The notes beneath the pieces were generated by a model. It was not told where the DNA came from. It did no database searches and was given only the letters and a program-made list of their open reading frames with translations. From contig NW_003526945.1 of assembly GCF_000181795.1 (NCBI RefSeq), forward strand, positions 1 through 64,000: a DNA stretch of 64,000 nucleotides. Direction: 5' to 3'. Below, in pieces: positions 1 through 26,296 of the stretch (position 1 is the stretch's first letter; every line of letters begins with the position of its first letter). The stretch comes from Trichinella spiralis. Its lineage: Eukaryota. The position numbers were made by a program, and so were the translations under genes.

Positions 1-166
1 TACCTAAGCGCACGGATATACTCGGGGGGTAGCACGTAAAGCACACCACACCACCAGCGGGCTACCTAAGCGCACGGATATAGTCGGGGGGTAGCACTAA
101 GCGCACACCACACCACCAGCGGGCTACCTAAGCGCACGGATATAGTCGGGGGGTAGCACTAAGCGC
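1..166. repeat. GC-rich 62-bp tandem repeat (about 2.7 units visible, truncated by window start)
   Basis: Unit TACCTAAGCGCACGGATATAGTCGGGGGGTAGCACTAAGCGCACACCACACCACCAGCGGGC starts at 1, 63 and 125, with only a few differences between units. Confidence 0.95.
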
Positions 167-1322
167 GGTGAAGATGACGGGTAATTTTTATCTAAGGGAA
201 GGAAAACATACTTACCACATTCGAATATCTTTTGGTATAATGTAATTCCTCTGAAATGCAGTTGTGTTATTTGATCGTTTTGCGAGTCCATTGCTTCATT
301 ATGATTTCTATTCTTCTTCGAATACGGACATTTGAATTCTTTGTTTCTTTTCATTTCATATACTGATGTGCTGCAACTTTGCATTTTCAGTGATTTTCTA
401 TTTCTTTGTGGAATTTGAATATTCATTTTTAAAAGAAGTCATGAAAAAACTTACTTTTATGAAAAATGCATTTTCATGTCTTTTTTCATTTTTTTTAGTC
501 GTTGCGCTTCTTTTTTTCGATTTTTTCAACAATCATTACCTTATGCTTGGAATCTGAAAAATGGATTCAAGTTTTTATTTAATATGTGTGATAATTCTTA
601 CTATAATCTGCATTTTTTCAAACTTAGTAATGTCTGTGTGGTTTAGGATCATTTGATACAGGAATGTAACCACGTTCGAGCATAAATTCATTGCATAAAA
701 TTTATTCCACCAGTGCACGCTCTATTGGCATTTTTGAAATTGAAATATTAAGGCCACAGTATACCTTATTTTAGCGTGACTTTTTTAAATGTTTCAAAGT
801 TGCAAAATTTGTGATTCGCAGGTTACATGCTATGCTTTTTGTTTTTTGAAACTATCAGTGTGCGTTTTTCGCTTTTTTGTGTATGTAATTTAGTATTCTT
901 TTCATTAATTTTTAAGTTTTTGTCATCTTTTGTGAAACTTAATGTTAATTAGACTCAGATCAATTACAGCCATTGCATTTCCTAATCTATTGCTGTTATT
1001 TTTAAATAGGCGCATGAATTCAGCTTTTATTCCTCAGTTACTTCACGAGTTGGTAGACTTATTATATTATCTGCCCATTGTGCCTTCTTTGTTGTCTATT
1101 TCTGATGTATATACGCGAAAAATTGATTGTTTGTGGGCAGGGATAGTTTGGTTTCTCATCGTCACCTCAGAATCTACACTATGCAATTTTCGTGAGGATA
1201 CAAAGACACTAAACCGCGGCATTATGTGACATTTCTGTATTTGATGTTTGATTAACCGTGTGATCTTCGATTGTGGCTCGGGTGTCATTTTAATGATATT
1301 TAATTATAAACATTTATCTACC

Positions 1323-3409
1323 TAAACCCTTTCACTGCATGTGCAAGGGCTGTAAAACTTGATGACACATACATAGGTTCTAATTGAGAAAATATTAGAG
1401 CTAGACATGTCTGGCACTACTCCTTTTGGAATTATGGCATGTTCCATTCAGTGAACATTGGGCAGTTCTCAACAAGAATGCTCGACACGTAGAAATATTG
1501 CTTTTACTGATCAGAGAACGGAGATTTTGGTACAAACAGCTAGCTACACTTCGATTTATGGTTGATTTTATTTCTGCCGATGGTAAATTTCAAAGCATTG
1601 CTTTCCTCGCTCCGCGTGTAGTCGAACGTTGCATTTTTGGCAACGCCCCTGTGGTCCTGTACCAATAATGTGGTTTACACCATCGAAACAAGTGTCAGGC
1701 AATTGTGATATACATGCTCATCTTAGTGATGCAGTTCGTTCTGACTGCAGCAAGCTCAGGACTACTTGTCGACAGAGCTCTAAGTGGCTGTGATCTTTCT
1801 TCTACGAAGCAGTGATTCCGCCAAGCACCCACTGTCGCAACGTTCACCACATTGATAAACAAAGGCCAAGACCATTTTTTGCTTCTTCTTGTTGGACGAT
1901 TCGCAGTACCAAGTCTATCAAGAAGGTCAACCTCCCCCATACCAGTGCTTTACGATCTTACAATGTTCAGCATTTGTACTTCTATTCGTTGGCCTTTCAC
2001 TCATCGTTGCATATTGTGCAACGGCCTGTGCGTCAGGAAGTTGCTGACGATTCTGACGATGGAATTACCATGCCATATAACTATATTGACATTTCTATCA
2101 CTTCAAAAGTCATAAGCACCTCGCTTTTGTTTCATTGGCTATTTGTCCGGCAACATCACTGCATCAGCACCATTGCTGCGGCATAGTCGGATGGTTCCAA
2201 TAGCTCTCATTTTCAAACCGGATGACTTTACCAGCGGCTCATAATTGTTGAAAAAGTTGTCAAAATACAACGTATGCCTTGTGGTATTGGAGTTTTCTTG
2301 AATAATGTCGACTATATTACTGATAACTCTGGTGCTGAATGGCACTTTCGATGAGTGGATTTCCTTACCTTGTACATCAAATGACATGGGTAGCCACGGT
2401 TGCCACACAGCAACCATAATTTGTAACCAAACCTAACCGCACTAATATATAGCTCCTGTCAACTGTTCTATACAACAGAAAAACAATTGCATTCCAGTGT
2501 CAGTGTCTGTATGTTTGAGATTTGCATGTGGTATAAATGCAACAGTTGTTATCAGTTGTTCTGTACAACAAAAAAACAATTGCATTCCATTGCCAGAGTT
2601 CACAGATTTTGATTTTTGAGTTTGGTTAATTATGTCAAATGGCAGGCTGTGAGAAAACATAGATAGAAAGCAGTTTACACACAAAAACACAGTCTTAGTC
2701 ACTGTTGTAGACAATATATCATAACCTGCCATTTTATGTCGAGAACAGCCCAATGTTCACTAAATGGAACATCAGTGTTTTGATCGATTATTGATATCTA
2801 AACGTAAGAGTACAAACATCTATTATATATGTGCAAATAGAGTAATGTCTCAGCTACAAGAATATGTGCCTTCTAAATAGTTAGGCACGGTGCATGTAAA
2901 AAAATTAACAAAAAATTGGAACTTAATTAAAAAGTCAATTTTTTGTGAATTCATTGATTAATAAAAACAGAACAGCATATCTAAAGGTAAATGTGATGCC
3001 ATATTTATATAAATATCCCAGCCAAGATTTTATTTGCAAAATATAAACCAAAACAATGGAATACTGGTAGAGTTATGTGCTCTCAAAGTTTTGTTCCATT
3101 TAGTGAGCATTGGGAAGATAAAGGTTTTAACAGAGGAATCATCACAGAAGAAAACAATGGGAAAACATGAAATTGCAGTATATAGAAAATTAACTCGGGT
3201 CGATCTGACCCTGAACAAAAGGAACAATTGAATTTTTTAAAACGCCATCGTAATGAGTAAATTAAAGCAAAGAGTTTCAGATTATTCTTCAAGAGAAAAT
3301 TGTACAAAGATGGAAAATTTAAATAGCAAAATTATCTATTTAGGGCAAATGAAAATAGTTTAAAAATCAGAAATGGTCAGTTCGATCCAACGCGTAATAT
3401 AGGGGTTAA
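1323..3409 (-). mobile_element. Degenerate piggyBac-family DNA transposon region, probably composite; boundaries approximate
   Basis: Transposase remnants at 1568-2440. An inverted repeat of about 40 bp pairs 1439-1478 with 2732-2772. Candidate termini are TAAACCCTTTCACTGCA (1323), TTAA (2905-2908) and GGGGTTAA (3402-3409). Confidence 0.75.
1568..2440 (-). pseudogene. piggyBac (DDE_Tnp_1_7, PGBD2/3-like) transposase remnant, frameshifted, N-terminal half missing
   Basis: Motifs lie in different minus-strand frames: VRFGYKLWLLCG (about 2440-2400), LYFDNFF...AIGTIR, MGEVDLLD...RSKKWSWPLFIN, and a C-terminal Cys-rich QGRCQKCNVRLHAERGKQCFEIYH ending at TAA 1570-1568. Confidence 0.9.
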
Positions 3410-6400
3410 GTTTCTGAATGCCAACATTTTTTTCAGAAATTATTCATTAATTTTACGTGAAATACCATTTTGATTAAATAAGTAATGCTGGAAAACGAAA
3501 ATGTTTAAGTAATAGTGAAATAAGTCGCTCTCGCAATGTTAATGATAAGGCTCGTTTGTTTGCTGAACAATTTTTGCATATTAATGACAATGCAATAACG
3601 TGATCTGTTACCAGGCAACGTGATGACGTCATCCATAGATTTCTGCTTTATAGTTTACGCTAAAAACACAGTATCACAGCAGCGAAAATGTTTTTTGTAT
3701 TCAGACAGAAAAACAATTTACTGAACATATTAATGAGTAGTAACCGCAAAGTACTTGACAACATCAGCGCCTTTTTAATATTACACAGTCTTCAAAAAGA
3801 AAATGTGTTAAACAGTAAACATTTTTATGTTCGTAAATTAATAACTTTAGAAAAGTTAGAATATTGGCATTTTAATGTCACGTTTCTCAGGTTAACTCAA
3901 TTTAATGTTTATGTTTTGGTGTATGAGTGAAAGTGACAAAGCTTCGACCTGGTTTAACAATTACGGCTTTGGTGAATTAATTTATGCGTACTTTAGGAAA
4001 ATGAGAAAACCGAAATGCGCAAAAATGGAACCTTGCAATTGTAGATTCTGTTTTTCACAAGCCAAAGTTGTCGACAATACATTATATTAAAAATTAATGC
4101 ATTTTCAGCGTGAATATCAATGCTCAGAAATGGGTCTTTTGCGCTGTGATTTGAAAATCACTAAGTACTTTTCATAACTGACAAGAAAAAAAATTTTGTC
4201 GTAATTTGTTGGTCATTTATTTTTGTAATAATTAATTAATGCTGTACTTACCGTGTTACTTTTACTGGCTGTTGGACAAGTTGCCACGAAAGGTAACTTT
4301 TGGCTAAGGAGTACAAAATGCTTGTATGAAAGGGCCTGCGAACGGAAAAGAGCAACAACTTGGCGCACTGCCAACTGCTCACTGACTATTACTAGCGTAG
4401 CAATTTGTACTGAGTAGTCTCAGTTTATTTGCATAGCGTCAGCGGCAGTCTTATCTTCTAGTACTCTGGCGCAACATTATTCAAATTTTTTTATTGATAT
4501 TGCTTAGTGGAGAGTTGTTTACATTTCAGCAAATTGAGCATTTGTCCGTAGCATTTCTATATTGACCAACTATTATAATGAATTTTTATCCGTAGATCTG
4601 CAAACTGCTTTTTTATTGAGTGATTATGGTCGCTTCACAATAATTACGACGCTGTAAAATATTGTATAATTTTTAATTTTAAATTTAAGAACGTTTTGAC
4701 AATTCTGTGAAATGTTTTAGACAATTTTTAAACGTTGTCCTTATTAGCTAAATGCTGCAATGTAATTGCATTCATGTTTTAACATCACGCATTCAAGTAT
4801 GCAACGCCTGCATAATGTAACGTAATTTCTAGGTCCGTGAAAAATATGGTAGTCAACAATTATGATTATCAGCTTCCTGTGATTACGGATCAAATGTATT
4901 ATGATCTGACCACTGTCAAATTTATTCATAATTAGCATCAGTTTTGCTTGGTATTATTTTAATGATGATCCAATAACATTCAATTGATATAGTCAAATGA
5001 AAAACATTGAAAATTACAGGTTTCTCAAAACAATTTTGCCAAATGTTGTTCATCGTAGTGTGCACATGATTAGTGTAGAATATTACTTATGACAATCAGG
5101 CTAGTTACAACATTGCACTGCAGATAACAAATACTCACTTGCAGATGTCACGTTGCTGCGCTGCAGCTGAAATTCATTATGTTCACTTGGCGTGGGAGCC
5201 ATGCGATCTTCATAATACAGCAGTCATTGCTTTTTTTATGATGTGCTGCTATTTGAAATACGTGCCACAACAACTTTTATATATACTGATTACAGTCAAC
5301 AAGTTAAGCTGCAAGTAACATGCTGCTCAAAAAGAATTTAATTCAAGATTAATTGTGCTTAAATAAACAAGATAACATTTCATAATTTCCAAAGGTACAG
5401 CAGTCAAATAGCAAAGATATTGCATATTGCTTGTCAGTTTTAGGTGTTAATAGTAATATAACAATAGCTAGAGGTGCTAATAGTCAGTAGTAACAGTCAA
5501 CTACATTATTATTCATTTTCAAGTTTCTTCACAAAAATTAAATTTTTTGACAGTTTTAAATTACAAGAGTTTGTTAATTCTGTTAAACGTTGATTAATCA
5601 AGATTTGTTCATTTATTACTGATATCCATTTTGTAAAATTTCAAATAACATACGACAATAAATTCATCAACAACAAACCATTTCTAATCACTTTCCGGTT
5701 GCTATATTTCGTAAGCTTCATTTTAATTAACCAGTTATATGTCGCCAAAACTCATTTTCCACACATTTTTTCAACCATCGCTCAAGGTTTTTCTTTTGCA
5801 ATTAATTGATCGCAAATCCCCTATAAAATTTCATTCGAAATGCTTTTTTCTCTAAAAGTTATTATTTTTCTTGGACTATGCATTTATTGTATATTTGTTG
5901 AAAAATCAAATAGGGAAAATTCATCAAAAATAGATACAGGCTTGCAGGTCATAATCATTTCAACATGCCTTGAAAACATCTGCTCATTTATTGACAGAAC
6001 TAAAACTAAGAAGCCTTTGGAAATAACCAATTACGACAGGAAATAAATAATTCGGTGGTGCTTTGCCTCAGTGACAAACTGAAGTAGGTTGATATCGGTT
6101 TTCAATATGAAGACCATCAACATAAGCTGACATTCATCCCATAAATACGGCACAGTCTTTATATTTATAGACTAGAATTACAATTCCATATAACTAATCC
6201 ACAATGCGATTATTGGCAGTGAATTCATGAAGATGAAAGCTGCAAATAGATGCGAAGCCGCAGTCAACTGAAACACTTCAACTAAATACAATGTTACGCT
6301 TAATTCCATCTGAAACTGTATTATCTACTTCAACAAAGCTGCACTGTCACTTTTAGAAATTTTTACAATTACTTTCTTTTATGGATGGTTTTCAAGTTTT

Positions 6401-6651
6401 TATCATTCATTATTCATGACATATTACATTAAAAAACAATTAAAATACATAAGAAAACAAATGAAACCAGTTGATTTTTCATAATGTTACCTTCAAATTC
6501 ATTTGATAACTAGAAAATTATGATTACTTTATTTAATACAGAAAGTAGAAAATATCTGTGTGTAATATAAATAAATATGATCACACATCTGTGATGCGCT
6601 CCTGTTATAAATTTCCTTATAAAACACTTTGAAAACTGCACCATCACTTGT

Positions 6652-20372
<13,721 letters not shown>

Positions 20373-21392
20373 AATGCAAAGGATTAAATTAAACTTGAAC
20401 AAATTGAAGAAAAAATGTTCACACAAAATAAATAACTCATTGCTAAAGCAACACAGATTATTTCTACAGTACAATTAAAAATAATTCAAGATCAAACAAC
20501 CGTGTATATGAAAAACAGCAAATATTTTGCAATAAAATTCATGTTTAAAAATGGTCATTTTTTATTTTATATTTAACTTTAAAATAAAAAAAATTTACTT
20601 TGTTTTTAGTTCTTTGTTCACCGCTTTAATGAACTGTGCCTTAAGGTCAGTGATTGATGCTTTTGTCAGATCACTGTGAATCACTGTAAATACTGCCATT
20701 ATAATTGAGTATGCTAAAAAATCGTAAAGTTGTTATTATTATCATTTAACATATCAAATATCAGACTGACAAATAACCAAGCATCCATGATAGAAATAGA
20801 ACGCATAGCTAACACTAATGAGTGTTATCATGTCAGCCATCATATTGATTCAAAAGTCGAGGTCGCTGGAAAACATAAGAGACTTGAGAACAATTAACTG
20901 TACAAAAACGTGGAGGTAAAGGCTTACAGTCTGCCTGCCTTTGCATATGGTGTTATTCAGTGTAACTATCGCAACGGAAGATTTGTCATTTCACTAGCAT
21001 AAAACCACCGACGTTACACTTCTTCAATGTTTTGAAAATCTGTTACTCAGATCATTTTGGCTACACTATCATAATAAAGCACATATTTTATGTCCAATGA
21101 ACCGTGTAGGTAATGAAATCGATTTAATATAATAACTTTGCGCATTTCACAACATTCATGCCCATTCGGATGAATTTTTTCAAATCTCTTTTACGTGGCC
21201 CTGTACAGCACTTTCCACATTTAAACACTGCTTTACTAATATTTGATTCGTATATCTTAATAAGCACAAATATTATTTTCAAATAATTTTGAACATTTCT
21301 CCAAAAGGAGGTTTTTCTGTTTACTTTTGTTTTCATCAAAACTGCAAAATGCATTTATATGAAGCGTAAAAGTATACGATAATACTTCACAA

Positions 21393-21395
<3 letters not shown>

Positions 21396-21425
<30 letters not shown>
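21396..21425. repeat. (TA)n microsatellite
   Basis: About 15 uninterrupted TA units. Confidence 0.95.
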
Positions 21426-21433
<8 letters not shown>

Positions 21434-21599
21434 TAAAATTGGACTAGAAATAATGCATGGTTATAGAATACTAGTAGAAAGAGTGATAAAATTGCGTAAT
21501 ATTTTCAATAAGTATTAAATAAAACAAGGGTACTAAGTGGATTATGTTAAAATAAATGGACGGGCGGTGAAGAATAAGTAAATTACATCAAAATGCACA

Positions 21600-24500
21600 T
21601 TATGAAACAGTACCCTTTTTGATAAAAATATCACCAAACGGTTCTTCCTGTTCCACTTTGACAGCTGAAGCTTTCTGCAATTCCAGCAAACAGTAAAACT
21701 TCTGCGCCGCAGATTTACGAGTATCTCGAGAAGTCCATTCCTAAAATACCTTCCATAAACTTCCATAACAGTAACTGAATAAGGATACCTTAAAAGATAT
21801 TTTATCGGTAGTTTTGAATTTGGTTTCAAACTGATTCAACACAAGCTGACTTCTCTTCGTCCAACGACGATCTTTAGCAGATTCATCAGAATGTTCCCAT
21901 TCTTCTTTGCTCTAAAATGTAATCAATTAGAAATTACATAATTACAAATTTCAAAGATAAACTAAATAATACCAAATCCAATTCAATGTTTATGGTTGCA
22001 CCGCTGTTCCCCAACAACTGCACTGTTTCCACATCAGAGAGTTTCGTCATATCTGGTTCATTAAGTGATTGCATATCCGATGGAATGACATCAATCATTT
22101 CGTTTGCTTCCGTTAAAGTTGCATCAGCTGACGGTTGCAACTCTATTTCAGACAATGTTGATCGTTCCACATTTGAATTTGTTCCGTCCATTCCGCGCAT
22201 TTTCTCCAATGTTGTTGCCTCCAGAGCTTTCATTCTGCTACTGTCTGCCTTAAACTTCGCCATTTTCGATCCAATAGCACTTTTCCAAAACTTCAAAAAG
22301 AAGCATGAATGTATTATTGAAACAGATTGACTGGAATATCAAACTTACCTTGTTCAACGTCGGAGAACGACATGGAATCCCTTGAAGAGAGAACAATTTG
22401 TCCACCGAAGCTGCCTCTCTGACTTTCATCAAAACAACAGTTGGTGGTGCAAGATCAAGACTTCCCAGTGTGTCCGAATAACGATGTAACTGCGATTTGA
22501 TATCATCCCCACTTAATGTCTTCACATTATCTACCAGCAGTCGACGTTTGCGCTTAACACGAACTTTCGCCGGAACTGAAATATTTCACAATAAATAATT
22601 TCAACAGAAGTAGATTCATTAAAACAAGAGATTATATTTTTATCCAATATGCTAACATTGAAATATGAAATAAAATAAAATAAAATATAATATAATATAA
22701 TATAATATTTTTTTAATTAATAAAACTGAAAGCAAAACGCTAAAATATTCGAGTGAACTAATTTTCGGATACAAATTATTAATCAAAATCTTCAACAAAA
22801 AAATATTTTTTAAAACTTTAACGCACTTTGTGTAACAATACTTTCCAACGGTTCCAAAGCGAATTCTTCATCTTCATCGTGAACAAGTGTTGTCATTTTT
22901 GAAGATTCACTACTACTTCTCATTTCAGCACTCGCTGTTTCAGTCACGCTGGGGACCGCAGCCGGCTCTTCTTTACAATGCACTTTCAAGAAACAGAAAA
23001 TTTCTATTCAAATAGTAAAAATATTTCTTACCAACTTCCACTGAAATTTCTTCAGCTGTAGAACTTTCATTTGTGGGAAACATTTCCAAATCAGTATCCA
23101 TCATCACATTAACAGTGCTTTCTTCTGTAGATTCTAAACGAACAGTATCTGACAATACTTCTACAGTTTTCTCAGCGACAACAGGCTCATTATTGGTTGA
23201 TTCAGCTGTATTCAGCTGAGGAATAGAAGCATCATCCAAAAACTGTGAAACTTCTTCCCGAGGAAGTTCAAAACTGTCGAAACCATCCGCATCATCTGCA
23301 AACAATCTAACTCAGCTTAACAACTTACAATACAAAAGAGAACATCAAGAAATTACAACTCAGAAATGCATTATACATTATATATTCATAGAAATGAACC
23401 AACACCATAATAATACAATGCACATTTTCTCTTGTTTAAACCGATATTACATTAAATTATAACTACATCTCTTACCAAACTCATCGTCAACATCAACCAA
23501 AACTTTGGGTGCATCTTCTTTCATTGTAATCTGATCCAATTTACCCTGGGTGGAGGATATGTCATCAGCGTATTCCAATTCACTAAAAAAACAGCAAATT
23601 AAAAATAATATTGCTAAGTAATAATTAACCGAAACCATTAATTACCTAAAATCTGGTAGAGCACTGTCAAAATCATGAAACACTTCTGGAAGAGTTATTG
23701 CATCCACATCCGCTTCAATACGATCTTCTGGTAAATCAATATTAAGAATTCCAGGTCGAAAAGCCATCTTTATCTTCAAAAATGCTTCGTTGCAATCAGC
23801 TAATAAGTATTTAGTTTTTCGAGAATAAATTCGCACAATACCCAAAAGCAAATGACCTGTTGTTCGCAAAGCCATTTTTGCCTAAGAAATAATAAATTTA
23901 CAATATAAACATTGCATAACGTTGCTAGAATTAAAAAATCTATTTTCAACAATAATTTTTAATCAGTAAATAGTTAATCTCAACATATTTATATTAAATA
24001 AAAACTGAAAATTAAAGAAACGAGCTTTAATTCCTGTAATTAATTTAAAATACTGATGACAGAACAATGTAAATAAAAACACTCGAGCAATTTATCCAGA
24101 GTTTAATCAAGAGGAGGTTCATAAAAACAAACTTAACATTGAAAAAAACAATTTTTAATTGTAAAATTTACTTCGGCATTAATCAGCAAAATGCATAACA
24201 TTACAACATATATACAAAGTAAAACATAGATAACCAAGATAGATGAATAATGTCATTTAAGATTAATCATTCCAAGGAAAGATAAAAATTTTTTGTATAA
24301 AATATGATTTTAAAACCAAAAAGAAACACAAGTAACAAAAATTAAATACACATTGATTCCAGAGAAAACAAAGCACACACGACGACATGAATTTTCATTG
24401 GGACACGATTAACATACATTTGAAACATAACGAATTAAAGTATATATAAATGAAAATAATAAATGGCATTGAAGATTACAGAATCGTAATACTTTCGCTT

Positions 24501-24646
24501 ACTTTTGGTTCTAGAATGCTCTCCACAGCTCTATCAATGTTAGTCTCAAAAATTTGTGCTTTCGTTAATTTCTTTTCCCAGTGAGCAGCTAACCAAATTT
24601 TCGCTAATGGTCCTTTTTTTGAAAGAACATACTGTGCATAGAACAT
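21600..24646 (-). CDS. RAD21: Cohesin alpha-kleisin RAD21/SCC-1, about 9 exons
   Basis: Exon 1 (24646-24503) reads [35 protein letters not shown]. Exon 2 reads [20 protein letters not shown]. The middle has KRKRRLLVD...[10 protein letters not shown]...LDLAPPT. The C-terminal winged helix RRWTKRSQ...[14 protein letters not shown]...EQEEPFGDI ends at TAA 21602-21600. Confidence 0.95.
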
Positions 24647-25324
24647 TTTCACAGGCCTTAAAAACAGTCAAACGCATTCAAAGCTGAACAATTATGAGAA
24701 ATATACAGTATTTGTGATGAACAAGTGCTATTACAGTAATTTTAAAGCAATAAATAATAAGAAAATAATAGTGAAAAAATCATGGACAAAATTCAAAACG
24801 TTATATAATTAAACATACAAAATATGTTATCCTTTGTATTTTAAGTATGAAATTTATTATTATCCTTACCACTATAAAAAGATTTCATATTATACTCCAC
24901 TGACCTACTTTTTTGAAAAGTGAATGATCAAGATGAAAAGCAAATATTACCCGTAATAAAGCTTCTGTAAATGGGAAAAAACTCTACTATTACATTTATC
25001 ATCACTTCCTAATGAATAAAGGATATACAGTATACTAATTATGCTAATCATCGTAACATAAATCAATAAAATATTATAAAAAACAATACAGTTGAATTAG
25101 TAAATATTTTAGTCACCTTTTAGTTATAACTGTAAAATACATATATATTGTTAATTAATGTTAATTTTATTACTACAAATTAATACCGTATATTTATATG
25201 TCATAATTACAATGACTGTGCATTAATAAAATGGATATTTAAATTATGTTAATGCATATTTTAAATTAAACAATAGCAGTGTCGATTGAATACCACTGCG
25301 CGCATTATCATGTACAGAACTCTG

Positions 25325-26296
25325 TGTTCCGGACGGAACAACACCGACCTAGTCGGTGTGACCTGGCCAAGGGCTGGTGCCCAGAAGTCGCGGGTAGGCC
25401 AAGAACAATACCCGCGCATCGCCGGCCAGATCGCTATCTGGGCGTCTGGCGGCTCTGAGTCGGGGTCAGAGAGACCCCCTGCTGCGCCTCGATCTATCGT
25501 CGTTCGCGAGACAATGGCGAGTGCGCCATAGCGGCGACGGCAGTCAGATCAAAGGGCGTGGAAATGGCCATCATGACGTGACTAGTAAGGGATTAGCGCA
25601 GGATCAAGAGATCCGAAGCATGACAACATAATTGAAGACTGACAAGGCTTTAGATCGGCGCCGGAGATAGCGAGCGCTCCCGCCGCGAGCGAGCTGCCTA
25701 TTGGTGGTTCGCGTTTGGGTCGACCGCGGGGCCGCCGACCCTGGCCCTATATATAGGGCTAGAAAGCGCGCCGCGCCAGACATACATATACATGGATAGA
25801 GAGAGATACGTCTGTGTGTGTATGCGTCAGTGGTACGATAGTTGTACAAGAGGACGCGTTGGTTGCGAGAAGTCGGCTTAGAATACGTGGTTTGCAGTAC
25901 TGGTTGCAGTATTGCCGTATTCCGAAGAGTCGAATTGGGAAGTGTAGACGAACCGAGTCGAAGTGCAAGGAAGGACGATCGAGCGAGAGACTCGTGCGTA
26001 CCTTATTGAAGGGCATTCGACTTACCGTTAGGAACAACGGTAGTCGCTCGGGTATTCGTACACTTCGAGCGTGCAGTCGCAACGTACAGAGTTAGCGGAG
26101 TTAGGGAACCGGAAGACGTCCGCGAAGGAGATCGCCATCGACGAGAGTTTTTGGACCCCGATCGCTGCCCACGCCGTGGAAGATACACCTCATCCACTCT
26201 TTATTATACAGTCCACTTACTTATCGGCCGGACGAACGAACGTCTGGTCTATTCATACCTGAACGTCAGATTACTGTCGCTAGTCTGACTCTAACA
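25325..26296. mobile_element. Solo LTR (972 bp), BEL/Pao- or Gypsy-type; orientation unresolved
   Basis: Sharp GC/CpG-rich island with TGTT...AACA termini and an identical 5-bp TSD CTCTG at 25320-25324 and 26297-26301. An internal TATATATA lies near 25748. There is no gag/pol coding. Confidence 0.9.

Noticed and set aside
1..166. Repeat with internal palindrome as a possible CRISPR array or telomeric tract
   Set aside because: The units are contiguous with no unique spacers, there are no cas genes and the context is eukaryotic. CCTAAG is not tandem TTAGGC.
20599..20699. MAVFTVIHSDLTKASITD... as a MIF/tautomerase N-terminus
   Set aside because: There is no catalytic Pro2, and no downstream exon continues the fold.
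25286..26262. Several overlapping ORFs in the GC-rich island
   Set aside because: They are by-products of high GC inside the solo LTR and show no gag/pol motifs.
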